From: Candidatus Latescibacterota bacterium
GTDB taxonomy: Bacteria; Latescibacterota; UBA2968; UBA8231
Reading direction: 5' to 3'
Assembly (NCBI GenBank): GCA_965248265.1
Contig: CBDFJF010000002.1
Location: 1,344,001-1,408,000, forward strand
DNA: 64,000 nt
How positions within the stretch are numbered: position 1 is the first letter of the stretch; every line of letters begins with the position of its first letter. Below are positions 1-9,151 of the stretch, piece after piece. The notes below the pieces were generated by a model, which had not been told where the DNA came from, made no database searches, and was given only the letters and a program-made list of their open reading frames with translations. The translations under genes and the position numbers were made by a program.

Positions 1-1
1 C

Positions 2-1702
2 TGGCGGGATGAGACCATCTACGGATTTGTCTACTACGTGGATCAGCAGCACCCTGCGGCAGCCGACGACAATGCGGGCACCGAAGAGGCGCCCTTTCTG
101 ACGATTCAGGCCGCCGCCGAACTCGTCGAGCCGGGCGAGAAGATATTGATCAAGTCGGGTGTCTACCGCGAGCTGGTCCAGCCCCGACGCGGCGGCAGCG
201 GCGCTGATTCGATGATCAGCTATGAGGCGGCGCCGGGTGCCGAGGCCGTCATCCGTGGGTCCCAGGTGATCGACGCCACGTGGACGCATACGGGTGTGGC
301 TCGATCGCTGAGCGTGTGGACGGCGGATCTGCCTGAGAGCTTCTTCGCCGGGGATCATCCGTTCGCCGTCGCCAACACCACCAACGCGGACTTCGAACTC
401 ATGCACTGGGCGGAGGGGGAGCGCGGGCGGGCCCCGCACACACTGCCCCGGGCCATGGTTTTCCAGAACGGTCGCCGCCTGACCCAGTTGGGGACGCACG
501 ACGAGCTGCCCCGGGTCCCCGGCACATTCTGGATCGACGCCGAGAGCAAGACGTTGCTCGTGCATCCGTTCGAGCGCCAGAATCCCAACACCTGTGAAAT
601 CGAGGCCACGACCCGGCAATTTCTGTTCAACCCTCTGATCAAGGGGTTGGGGTACGTACGATTGGCCGGGTTGACTCTCGAGCAGGCCGGCAACGGCTTC
701 ATCCGCTCTGGAAACGGCGCCGTGACGAGTTGGGGTGGGCATCACTGGATCATCGAGGACAACACCGTCCGTCACATCAATTCCGTGGGTGTCGAACTCG
801 GCGGATTTACCGATGAGCGCTCAGAAGATGAAAACCGCAACGAGTTGGAAAAGACGACGGGCGGTCATCTGGTACGACGCAATCACATCTACGACTGCGG
901 CACCGGCGGCATCCAGGGAACGGTCGTCCCGCGAACTCTGGTGGCCGACAACCACATCCACGACTGCGGTTGGCAGGAAGTCGAACGCTACTGGGAGACG
1001 GCAGGCATCAAGATCCTCATCCTCACCGATACCGTAGTCCAGTGCAATCACATCCACCACTGTCACGCAGCTCCCGGAATCTGGATCGACTTCGCCAACG
1101 TGAATTCCCGGGTGACGCGAAACCTGCTCCACGACATCGCCTCGACCACCGGGGGCATCTTCTTCGAAGCATCGAATGTCGTCAACATGATTGACCACAA
1201 TGTCATCTACAACGTGGAGGCGGGCAGCGGCGTCTATCAGCAGGACTGTGACCAGCTCCTGATCGCCCACAATCTGGTACTGAATTGCGACCATGCCGGG
1301 GTCCACATGCGGAAGTGTCCAACCCGCGACCGCGTGGGCGTATGCAAAGACAACCGTATCATCAACAACGTCATCGTTGGATGCCCGAAGGGATTCGAAT
1401 ACGTGGTGATGGACAATGTCTCGGACTACAACGTGCTCGCCGGTATGAGAGAGGACTTCAGCCTCGACGACTGGCAGTCCAGCGGTCTGGATGCCCATAG
1501 CCGCATGGTAGAGCTCGACATGGTGATCGACGCCGAGGATCAAAGCCTAGCCTGGTCGTCATCGGCCGCTACGGTGAGGGTGAGCCGTGACGAGCTGATG
1601 AGTCTCGACTACTTCGGTCGTCCGTATCCCGAAGAGGAGGTCCCGGTGGGGCCTTTCACCGAAGGTTGGGGCCCGGGGGGGCGCCGACTGCGACTTCGGT
1701 AG
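2..1702 (+). CDS. Right-handed parallel beta-helix repeat protein (DUF1565 / GH120-like), 5'-truncated by the window
   Basis: Frame is open from base 2 (WRDETIYGFVYYVDQQHP). YYVD...DDNAGTEEAPFLTIQAAA...PGEKILIKSGVYRE cap motif and many NxIxxN beta-helix repeats (GIWIDFANVNSRVTRN). Confidence 0.8.
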   Translation, partial: WRDETIYGFVYYVDQQHPAAADDNAGTEEAPFLTIQAAAELVEPGEKILIKSGVYRELVQPRRGGSGADSMISYEAAPGAEAVIRGSQVIDATWTHTGVARSLSVWTADLPESFFAGDHPFAVANTTNADFELMHWAEGERGRAPHTLPRAMVFQNGRRLTQLGTHDELPRVPGTFWIDAESKTLLVHPFERQNPNTCEIEATTRQFLFNPLIKGLGYVRLAGLTLEQAGNGFIRSGNGAVTSWGGHHWIIEDNTVRHINSVGVELGGFTDERSEDENRNELEKTTGGHLVRRNHIYDCGTGGIQGTVVPRTLVADNHIHDCGWQEVERYWETAGIKILILTDTVVQCNHIHHCHAAPGIWIDFANVNSRVTRNLLHDIASTTGGIFFEASNVVNMIDHNVIYNVEAGSGVYQQDCDQLLIAHNLVLNCDHAGVHMRKCPTRDRVGVCKDNRIINNVIVGCPKGFEYVVMDNVSDYNVLAGMREDFSLDDWQSSGLDAHSRMVELDMVIDAEDQSLAWSSSAATVRVSRDELMSLDYFGRPYPEEEVPVGPFTEGWGPGGRRLRLR

Positions 1703-1729
1703 TAATGCCACGTCCATACGAGGAGTGTG

Positions 1730-2998
1730 ATGGCAACGAGTCGATTGTTGCGGGAGCTTGAACTGATGCTACACAGCCGTGTCCTGCGTTACGGAATGTT
1801 GATGGTCCCGATCTTCCTGGCTGCGTGCCTGTCGGTGCCGCGAGTCGAGTACCGCTCGGTCCTCGAGCCAAAGGAGTCGGAGCGAGAGCAGCATTCCATA
1901 GGGGATGACGGAATAGTCTCCTACCATCTGGAGGGCTCCCGGATTGAGGTGCAGTACATGACCGAGCCGGTGCTGAACGAGATGTTTCCCGACGATTCGA
2001 AAGGAGAAGAGCTTTCGACCAATCCCTACACCTACGGGGATTGGGTGGACCCGAACGTGGGGTACATACCGAATCGATTCACCGTGTTCAACATCGCGGT
2101 GTACAATTACACCTACGCCAAGATGCAGCTGGATCCACTGAAGGTCATCCTGTTGACTGACCGTGGAGGCTATCTGGAATCGTACACGATTGCCCCGGTG
2201 GCTGATCGCAAGAGCCTGGAGGGGTACTTCCGGGGCTTGCGCGGCATCAGCGGGAACGAGCACTATCGCTTTTCGAAACGGATCGGGATCGTGCGATCTA
2301 GCGCCTACGGAGAAGATGAGGTGATTTTCAAAGGGGAGAACTACAGCGGGCTTCTCGTGTTCGATCCCCTCCATCCCAAGGTGCGCAACGTGCGTGTGAT
2401 TCTCAAGGATTTCGCGCTCAAGTTCGACGCGTCGGGGCACCCAATCGAGACCATAGACATTCCCTTTGATTTCAACCGCACAGTCAGCAAGCAAGTAATC
2501 GCGGAGGACAGGGAAGCGGAACAAGGGCCCAGGGAGACGACGCGGGTGGTTATCCGGGGCCCGCGCCAGATCCGCGGCAACCAGCAGGGAGATCTCGCCC
2601 GGAACACCGGCGCGATCAATTCGATAGTCGACCGCAATCTCACTGATCTGCGGCGATGTTTTTCCGAGTCGTTTGACCAGGGAGATGCCGTCGAGGGCGT
2701 GGTGGAGGTTCAGTTCACGATTCGCGTGCACGGCGTGGTCGAAGCTGTGAGCGTGACAGAGTCCACGGTCATGAATGCGCAGGTGGGCGCCTGCATCGTG
2801 GCCGAAATGAAGCGCTGGCAGTTCCAACCCGCCGGACAGTATGCACAGCAGGCCAGGCCGTCTCAACAGAGCACATCGCAGGTTGGCGAGCCAGGATCGG
2901 CTGAATCGCGTCAGGACGAACTCTCAAGACCTCAGAGACGTCCCCCGGTGACCGATGTGATGGTGGTGTACCCGTTCACTTTTGAGGAGATAGAGTAA
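1730..2998 (+). CDS. Lipoprotein with C-terminal TonB-C-like / AgmX-PglI C-terminal domain
   Basis: AGGAG RBS at 1721; lipobox FLAAC; C-terminal LRRCF...EGVVEVQFTI...G.V....V.ES......VGACI...MKRWQF...VVYPFTF pattern. Confidence 0.7.
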   Translation: MATSRLLRELELMLHSRVLRYGMLMVPIFLAACLSVPRVEYRSVLEPKESEREQHSIGDDGIVSYHLEGSRIEVQYMTEPVLNEMFPDDSKGEELSTNPYTYGDWVDPNVGYIPNRFTVFNIAVYNYTYAKMQLDPLKVILLTDRGGYLESYTIAPVADRKSLEGYFRGLRGISGNEHYRFSKRIGIVRSSAYGEDEVIFKGENYSGLLVFDPLHPKVRNVRVILKDFALKFDASGHPIETIDIPFDFNRTVSKQVIAEDREAEQGPRETTRVVIRGPRQIRGNQQGDLARNTGAINSIVDRNLTDLRRCFSESFDQGDAVEGVVEVQFTIRVHGVVEAVSVTESTVMNAQVGACIVAEMKRWQFQPAGQYAQQARPSQQSTSQVGEPGSAESRQDELSRPQRRPPVTDVMVVYPFTFEEIE

Positions 2999-3160
2999 GT
3001 AGCAGCACTCCTTCTCGCGCGTCTCCACTGTTACTCGTCTCCATTCTCCATCCCATTTCCATATCCATCTTTCCATTCCTCCGCTATCATCTTGCTGACC
3101 ATTGAGATTGAGTAGGTTGTCGAGGTTTCCTGGCGACACTCGAGAGAGGGACTTCCGGGT

Positions 3161-5119
3161 TTGATAGAGAAACCGTCGGCGTCAGGCGTGACGCTGCGTT
3201 CGCTCGTCATCGGCGCGGCACTCAGCCTGGCGATCGGCGTGGGCGAGCCCTACGGTGCGTTCGTCATCATGGGCAGCCGGATGAGCGGATTGAACGGGCC
3301 CGCCGCCTTCTTCCTGTTCTTCCTGTGGGTGGGGGTTGTCCAGGTGGTGTTGGCGCTCATCCACCGGAGGCTGGTTCTGGGCAAGGGCGAGTTGCTGACC
3401 ATCTACATCATGATGGTCGTAGCCACGGCGTTCTCGGGGGGCGAGCGCAACGGCTTCTGCTTGATGCTCTTGGGGTCCACGGCGGGTTTGTTCTACCTGG
3501 CGACGCCCGAAAACGAGTGGGCAGACAGCATCCACCCCTACGTGGCAGACTGGATGGTCCCTCAGGACGAGCTCGGGATCAGCTGGTTTTTCGAGGGGAT
3601 GCCGGAGGGCGAGTCCATTCCCTGGGACATGTGGTTGTCCCCCCTGCTCTGGTGGTTCCTGTTCATGGTGGCGCTGTGGATGTTCTGCATCTGCGCCATG
3701 GTCATCCTGCGCCGCCAGTGGGTGGAGTACGAGCACTTGATCTATCCGATCACGAAAGTGCCCCTCGCCATGGTCGATGCGCCGTCGGACAGTTCTCTGG
3801 TAGCCCCGTTCTTCAAGAAGCCGTTGATGTGGATGGGACTGCTTATGGCATTCGGCCGCGAGAGCCTCAATGCCCTGCACCATTATTTCCCCTTCGTCCC
3901 CGTGATTCCGAGAAATCTTGGGCAACTGACCCTGATACAGCGATTCGCCAATGTAGGGTTCTCGGTGAATCTGATGATCCTGGGGTTTGCCTACTTCCTC
4001 AAGGCGGACGTCATGTTCGGGATGTGGGTGTTTTATATCCTGCGGCGCCTGGAGGAGGGCGTGTTGACGATGACCGGGCTTGGGATCGGGGAAGCACTCT
4101 CCAACTACGGCGGCGGTGGGGGTGTGAGAGGATTGCTGGCCCATCAGAGCATCGGTGCCATGATAGCGATGGTCCTCTTCGGACTGTGGATTGCCCGGGG
4201 GCATCTGCGGACGGTGTTCCGCAAAGCGCTCACAGGGGACGCGTCCGTCGACGATTCCGATGAAATCATGTCCTACCGCACCGCCGTTTGGGGGGTCATC
4301 CTCGGGTTTATCGGGATGAGCCTGTGGCTCTGGCGTGCGGGACTGCCCCTGTGGGCAGGGCTGCTGTTTCTATTCGGTGCGCTGGTGACCTTCGTCAGCC
4401 TGACCCGCATCATCGCCGAGGCGGGATTGCCGATGGTGTTTCCCCGCAACATCCCCCTGGATTTCGTGGTCTCTGGAATAGGGGTCCGCTACATAGGACC
4501 GACGGGGATGGCGGCCCTGGGTCCTACGGTAGTATGGACGGAATCCCTGGCCAGTACGATGATGGCACACACGGCCACCGGGTTGAAATTGACCGCTGAG
4601 ATTGTCCATAGAAAGCGCTGGCTCCTGCTGGCCCTGGTCGTCGCTATCGTGGTCTCTTCAGTCAGCACGTTCTGGACGTCGCTGTCGATAGCCTATCGCG
4701 AGGGCGGCATCAATGTCGCGCGTTCCGTCGGTTACCTGCCTGATTTCACCTGGCAGTATGTGGCAAGCCGGGTCGATGAGAACGCGGGACCGAACGGGTT
4801 GGGTTGGCTCATCCGATGCATCGGGGCCGCGGTGATGACGGGCCTGCTGTTCATGCAGCGCCGGTTCTTGTGGTGGCCCCTACACCCGCTGGGGTTTGTC
4901 GTCAGCATGGACCGGGTAATGGACACAGCTTGGTTTCCGGTTTTTCTGGCCTGGTTGATCAAAACGTACATGTTGAAGTATGGCGGCCCGAAGGCCTATC
5001 AGTCGCTCATCCCGGTCTTCTACGGGTTGATCCTAGGCCAGTTCGTGGCCGGAGGCTTCTGGCTGATCGTAGATTACCTCACCGGCATGATAGGTAACGG
5101 ATTGGGCATGATGTACTAA
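3161..5119 (+). CDS. DUF6785/DUF6784-like polytopic membrane protein (putative peptide/OPT-like transporter)
   Basis: 652 aa with many TM segments; VTLRSLVIG, ELLTIY, ATPENEW, LRRQWVEYEHLIYPI, FLWWPLHPLGF, LKYGG motifs. Confidence 0.8.
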   Translation: MIEKPSASGVTLRSLVIGAALSLAIGVGEPYGAFVIMGSRMSGLNGPAAFFLFFLWVGVVQVVLALIHRRLVLGKGELLTIYIMMVVATAFSGGERNGFCLMLLGSTAGLFYLATPENEWADSIHPYVADWMVPQDELGISWFFEGMPEGESIPWDMWLSPLLWWFLFMVALWMFCICAMVILRRQWVEYEHLIYPITKVPLAMVDAPSDSSLVAPFFKKPLMWMGLLMAFGRESLNALHHYFPFVPVIPRNLGQLTLIQRFANVGFSVNLMILGFAYFLKADVMFGMWVFYILRRLEEGVLTMTGLGIGEALSNYGGGGGVRGLLAHQSIGAMIAMVLFGLWIARGHLRTVFRKALTGDASVDDSDEIMSYRTAVWGVILGFIGMSLWLWRAGLPLWAGLLFLFGALVTFVSLTRIIAEAGLPMVFPRNIPLDFVVSGIGVRYIGPTGMAALGPTVVWTESLASTMMAHTATGLKLTAEIVHRKRWLLLALVVAIVVSSVSTFWTSLSIAYREGGINVARSVGYLPDFTWQYVASRVDENAGPNGLGWLIRCIGAAVMTGLLFMQRRFLWWPLHPLGFVVSMDRVMDTAWFPVFLAWLIKTYMLKYGGPKAYQSLIPVFYGLILGQFVAGGFWLIVDYLTGMIGNGLGMMY

Positions 5120-5306
5120 AGTGAATTCTTCACGATCGGGAACTAGATTCTTACCTACGTTCCATGTATCCAAGGATATTGCGCGCTTGGTCTCTTTCTC
5201 CGCGCACCGATGATGACGATTCTATCGTGATGCGGGTCAGCATGAACGGTTTCATCCGTGCCTATTCCATCTAATCATGCGTTGGAAGGCGGACTTCCCG
5301 GATCGT

Positions 5307-6221
5307 ATGTTCAGAGCAAGAGTTACTCTAGTTTTATTGATTCTCATCGGCAGCAGCGAACAGGTGCGGTCCGGAGCATGGGTACAGAGCAAGGGGGCGT
5401 ACTATCTCAAGCTCTCGTCCAGCCACTCGTCCACGACCAGGGAACTCAACTACCGCGGCGTGGGCCTGGACCTGTTCGAGGAGCACCCAGGGTTCGCCGA
5501 CGGCTCTTTCGTCGACTTCAATCTGACCACCTATGTGGAATACGGACTGAGCGACCGCGTCACCCTGGTATCCAACCTGCAGTACAAAGCCCTACGAGCA
5601 TCACGCACCGGGCTCATCGGCGGCGGCGCAGTGCGATACAGAGAAATCCTTCACACCAACGGCCTTGCCGATCTGAGCCTGTCCCTGCGCTATGCCCTGC
5701 TCATCTCTCCTGTGGCTGTTTCCCTGCAGGGCGGTACAAAGATGCCCCTGGGTTACGACAAAACGCCGACGAATGACGGTCCTCCCCTGGGCAGTGGCGA
5801 AGTGGATGGTGAACTCCACGTACTGGCTGGCAAAAGCCTCTACCCCCTGCCGCTCTATCTGTCTGCCGATCTGGGCTACCGCCGCAGGGGCGGGCGGTTG
5901 AACGACGAGATCCTCTACGCGGTCGAGGCGGGGTTAACGGCCGGCCGGTTGCTTTTCAAGGTGGGGCTCGACGGTGTGGAGAACACGAGCACTCCGCCGG
6001 ATATTTACGGTCAGACCGTAGTGACCCCTCTGCCCGGCGGTGGCGGAGTGTTGCCCGATCTCGTCGTCGGCGACCAGCACATCACCAAGCTCAGTCCGGC
6101 TCTCATCTACACCTTGAGGCCGGACCTACTACTGCAGGCGGATGTTTTTCATGTCCTTGCGGGCAAGAACACGCTCAGCGGTACTACGTTCGCTCTGGGT
6201 TTCGTCCTAGTGCGCTCTTAG
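5307..6221 (+). CDS. Putative outer-membrane beta-barrel (MetA-pathway-of-phenol-degradation / 'transporter'-like); alternative start 5277
   Basis: Signal peptide followed by AWVQSKG; YVEYGLSDR, GLADLSLSLRY, KMPLGYD, LGSGEVD amphipathic strands. Confidence 0.6.
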   Translation: MFRARVTLVLLILIGSSEQVRSGAWVQSKGAYYLKLSSSHSSTTRELNYRGVGLDLFEEHPGFADGSFVDFNLTTYVEYGLSDRVTLVSNLQYKALRASRTGLIGGGAVRYREILHTNGLADLSLSLRYALLISPVAVSLQGGTKMPLGYDKTPTNDGPPLGSGEVDGELHVLAGKSLYPLPLYLSADLGYRRRGGRLNDEILYAVEAGLTAGRLLFKVGLDGVENTSTPPDIYGQTVVTPLPGGGGVLPDLVVGDQHITKLSPALIYTLRPDLLLQADVFHVLAGKNTLSGTTFALGFVLVRS

Positions 6222-6270
6222 TCGGCCGGCATCGTGTGGGTGGGTAGCTGACAAGACTGGAGACAATGTC

Positions 6271-6966
6271 ATGAGAGTTGCGATTACAGCCATTCTTTTA
6301 GGGCTCTGGGCCGTGCTTTTGAGTGGTTGCGGCAGCGATGTGGTCTACCAGGTTCCTTCCCCGCCCGCTCCGGACAGCCAGGGACAGGGGGAAGAGGGAG
6401 AGGTTTTTATCACCGACAGGACCGGCAAGGTATGGGACGTGACCCACGCGGCCCGGAATTACGGCATGGGGCCATTCTTGTTCGAGTACGGTCTGGGGCC
6501 TTTTGCCATCCAACCCATAATAAACGCCAGGATGCTGTCCCCCGGCGACCTGAATTACCCGATCGACAGCCAGGGTGCTCTCGTGATCGGGACGAGCCTG
6601 AACGGTTTCACCCGCGCTTACCCCACCGAAATCTTGAGCCGGTTCGAAGTCGCCAACGAACAATTCGGGGACGCGCACGTGGCCGTGGCCTACTGACCGC
6701 TGGTCAACCTGGCTGCCGTGTACAGCCGAGAAATCGACGGACAGATCCTGACCCTGAGCGCCAGCGGATGGACCTATCAATCCACCTTCGTGCTGTACGA
6801 CTACGAGTCCGAAAGCCTGTGGTACCACCTGCCCGGCACGGACGGCCTGACCTGTATCGCCGGCGCCTACGCCGACCGCAAGCTGCCCGAACTCAGCTCC
6901 GTCTTCACCCGCTGGAACCGCTGGAAGGCTGACTTTCCGGATTCAAAGGTTTTCACGTACCCCTAA
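6271..6966 (+). CDS. DUF3179-domain lipoprotein, probable selenoprotein (UGA 6694-6696 read as Sec; 231 aa)
   Basis: ORFs 6271-6696 and 6718-6966 are in the same frame and separated only by TGA. Read-through gives RAYP..IL...EVANE.FG...VAVAY-U-PLVN...YSREIDG...SG......VLYD.ESESLW, where DUF3179 normally has vtyCPLc. Lipobox LLSGC. Confidence 0.85.
6697..6740 (+). promoter_or_regulatory. Candidate bacterial SECIS hairpin
   Basis: GGCTG(6711-15)-CCGTGTA-CAGCC(6723-27) stem-loop with a G-containing loop starting 19 nt after the UGA; possible weak lower stem. Confidence 0.55.
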
Positions 6967-7164
6967 GTGTCCTGTCTCAGAAATATGTCGACATTCTTCC
7001 GCCGATCCATCCCTGCTCGCTGCGTGGGACCGAACTCTTGGAGTTCGGCCTCGTCCCTGAGCGCCTTCACTCGCCGTACTCCACCAGTACGACTCGATCA
7101 GGCGCCTTGAGAGCAGGGCGCCTCGGCGGCCGAATTCAGTCAACCTATTTCTGAGACAGGTCAC
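6967..7164. mobile_element. MITE-like element, 198 bp, IS630-like terminal inverted repeats
   Basis: GTGTCCTGTCTCAGAAATA (6967-85) and TATTTCTGAGACAGGTCAC (7146-64), 18/19 complementary; flanked by CTAA / TAG; nested internal inverted repeats; no coding capacity. Confidence 0.7.
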
Positions 7165-7229
7165 TAGGAGCCGGAGATCCGAGCAAATGGAATACTCGGA
7201 CAGTTTGCTCTTGCGATGAGGACTGAGCC

Positions 7230-8885
7230 ATGAAATGGCCGAATCGGCTGTTGACCTGTATGGTGTTGTCGGCGTTGGGGTTGGCCGACTGTGGCAACGA
7301 AAGCCCCACGCAATCCGGCTCTGACCCCACCGTCCTGGAGGGAGATTTTTCCGTCCGTTCCCAAGAGGACCTGGACCTCCTCGTGGCTCTCGGAAGAGGT
7401 ACGTTCGGGATCTCTGGCGATCTATCGGTAGAGGATTCTCCCTTCATCACCCTGGAGGCCCTCGAGAATCTCACCAGCATCGGCGGGAACCTGTCCATCG
7501 GCAGTCTGGGGGCCGGCAACGCCCGGATGACCAGTCTGGCCGGTCTCGAGAATCTTACCAGCGTCGGCGGATACCTATCCATATTCGGCAATGCAGCTCT
7601 GACCAGCTTGGCAGGGCTTGATGGCGTCACCAGCATCGGCGGGGGTTTGTTCGTCAGGAACACCGTCCTGACCAGCCTGGCAGGGCTGGAGGGTGTCACC
7701 GACGTCGGCGAGTTCATGACCGTCGTCAACAATGATGTACTGACCAGCCTGGCGGGGCTCGACAATCTCACCCGCATCGGCGGGTCCCTGTCCATCGTCA
7801 ACAATGATGTATTGACGAACCTGGCAGGGCTCAACAACCTGACCGGCCTCAGTGGAGAATTGTCCATCCACGACAACCCCTCGCTGACCAGCCTGGCAGG
7901 GCTCGAGAAGATCACGAGCATCGACGAGGTGTTGGACCCAGCATCCGAAAGGGCTCCAGGCGTGTCGATCCTGGGCAATGACGCACTGACCAGTCTCGCG
8001 GGGCTCAACAATCTCGCCCGCATCGGTGGAAACTTGTCCATCGGCACAAATCGTGACGGCAACCCAGTATTGACCAGCCTGGCAGGGCTGGAGAATCTCA
8101 CCGACATCGGCGGGCGTTTGACCATCTCCCGCAACCCCGCGTTGACCAGCCTGGCCGGGCTCGAGAGTCTCACTCGCATCGGTGGATACCTGGGTGTATT
8201 CAACAACGCAGCGCTGACCAGCCTGGCAGGCTTCGAAAGCATCGCCAGCGTCGGTGGAGGCTGGTTTACCGGCAACCCCGCACTGGCGAGCCTGGCAGGG
8301 CTCGAGACGCTCACCAGCGTCGGCGGATTCCTGTCCATCGTCAACAACAACGCACTGGTCAGCGTGGAAGGGCTCGATAATATCACCAGCATCGGCGGGA
8401 GATTGAAGATACAACACAATAGTGCACTGATCAGCCTGGCACCGCTCGGGAATGTCACCCTCGTCGAGGGCGATTTGAATATCAGCGGTAATGAGAAACT
8501 GACCAACCTCGCAGGGTTCGAGAGTGTCACCAGCATCGGCGGAGGTCTGTCCATCTGGTACACCGCCCTGACCAGGCTGACGGGGCTCGAGACGCTCACC
8601 ACCATCGGCGGAGACCTGTCCATCGGCGGCAATGATGAACTGATCAGCCTGGCAGGGCTCGACGATCTCATCAACATCGGCGGGAGTCTATCCATCGGTG
8701 ATCGATTTACCGGCAACACCGTCCTGGCCAGCCTGGCAGGGCTCGAGAGTCTCACCACCATCGGCGGCGACTTGTCCATCCGCGGCAACGGAGCGCTGAC
8801 CGATTCGTCAGCTCAGGTTTTCGCAGATCGATTGGTGGCAAGCGGGTTCACGGGCAGCGTGATCATCAGTGGCAATCAGCAATGA
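7230..8885 (+). CDS. Receptor L-domain / leucine-rich repeat lipoprotein
   Basis: Lipobox-like LGLADC; 18 tandem repeats of consensus LTSLAGLEnLTsIGGxLsIxxNxx. Confidence 0.85.
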   Translation: MKWPNRLLTCMVLSALGLADCGNESPTQSGSDPTVLEGDFSVRSQEDLDLLVALGRGTFGISGDLSVEDSPFITLEALENLTSIGGNLSIGSLGAGNARMTSLAGLENLTSVGGYLSIFGNAALTSLAGLDGVTSIGGGLFVRNTVLTSLAGLEGVTDVGEFMTVVNNDVLTSLAGLDNLTRIGGSLSIVNNDVLTNLAGLNNLTGLSGELSIHDNPSLTSLAGLEKITSIDEVLDPASERAPGVSILGNDALTSLAGLNNLARIGGNLSIGTNRDGNPVLTSLAGLENLTDIGGRLTISRNPALTSLAGLESLTRIGGYLGVFNNAALTSLAGFESIASVGGGWFTGNPALASLAGLETLTSVGGFLSIVNNNALVSVEGLDNITSIGGRLKIQHNSALISLAPLGNVTLVEGDLNISGNEKLTNLAGFESVTSIGGGLSIWYTALTRLTGLETLTTIGGDLSIGGNDELISLAGLDDLINIGGSLSIGDRFTGNTVLASLAGLESLTTIGGDLSIRGNGALTDSSAQVFADRLVASGFTGSVIISGNQQ

Positions 8886-9151
8886 TTGCTTGCCTCACTG
8901 CATCCGCACCCTGACGATGGATAGTGCAGTTTCGCAGGAGGCGCTTGCCAGGGCCTCGGATAGACGGGTAGAGATCGAACGGCGTCGCTTCCCCAAGGTC
9001 TTGTGTACAAACAATCCCAGGTGTACAGTCTCTCCTCCATAGTCCGCGTGATTGTTCGCACTCTAACCTTCGGCGTGAGGTAGTTATCGCTCTTCTTCAA
9101 CGGCTCCCAAATCTTGCCGGTGCTCCGCTGATTCTCGCCCACGCCACTCTG

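Noticed and set aside
3020-3085. TCCAT-rich pyrimidine tract (antisense MERWIWKWDGEWRR)
   Set aside because: Irregular low-complexity spacer with no consistent period and no credible ORF.
7145-8788. 547-aa antisense ORF with SSPARL repeats
   Set aside because: Shadow of the repetitive LRR gene on the + strand, which has the signal peptide and RBS.
7440-8790. Regularly spaced DNA repeats resembling a CRISPR array
   Set aside because: Degenerate, in-frame coding repeats of the LRR protein; no cas genes and no invariant repeat.
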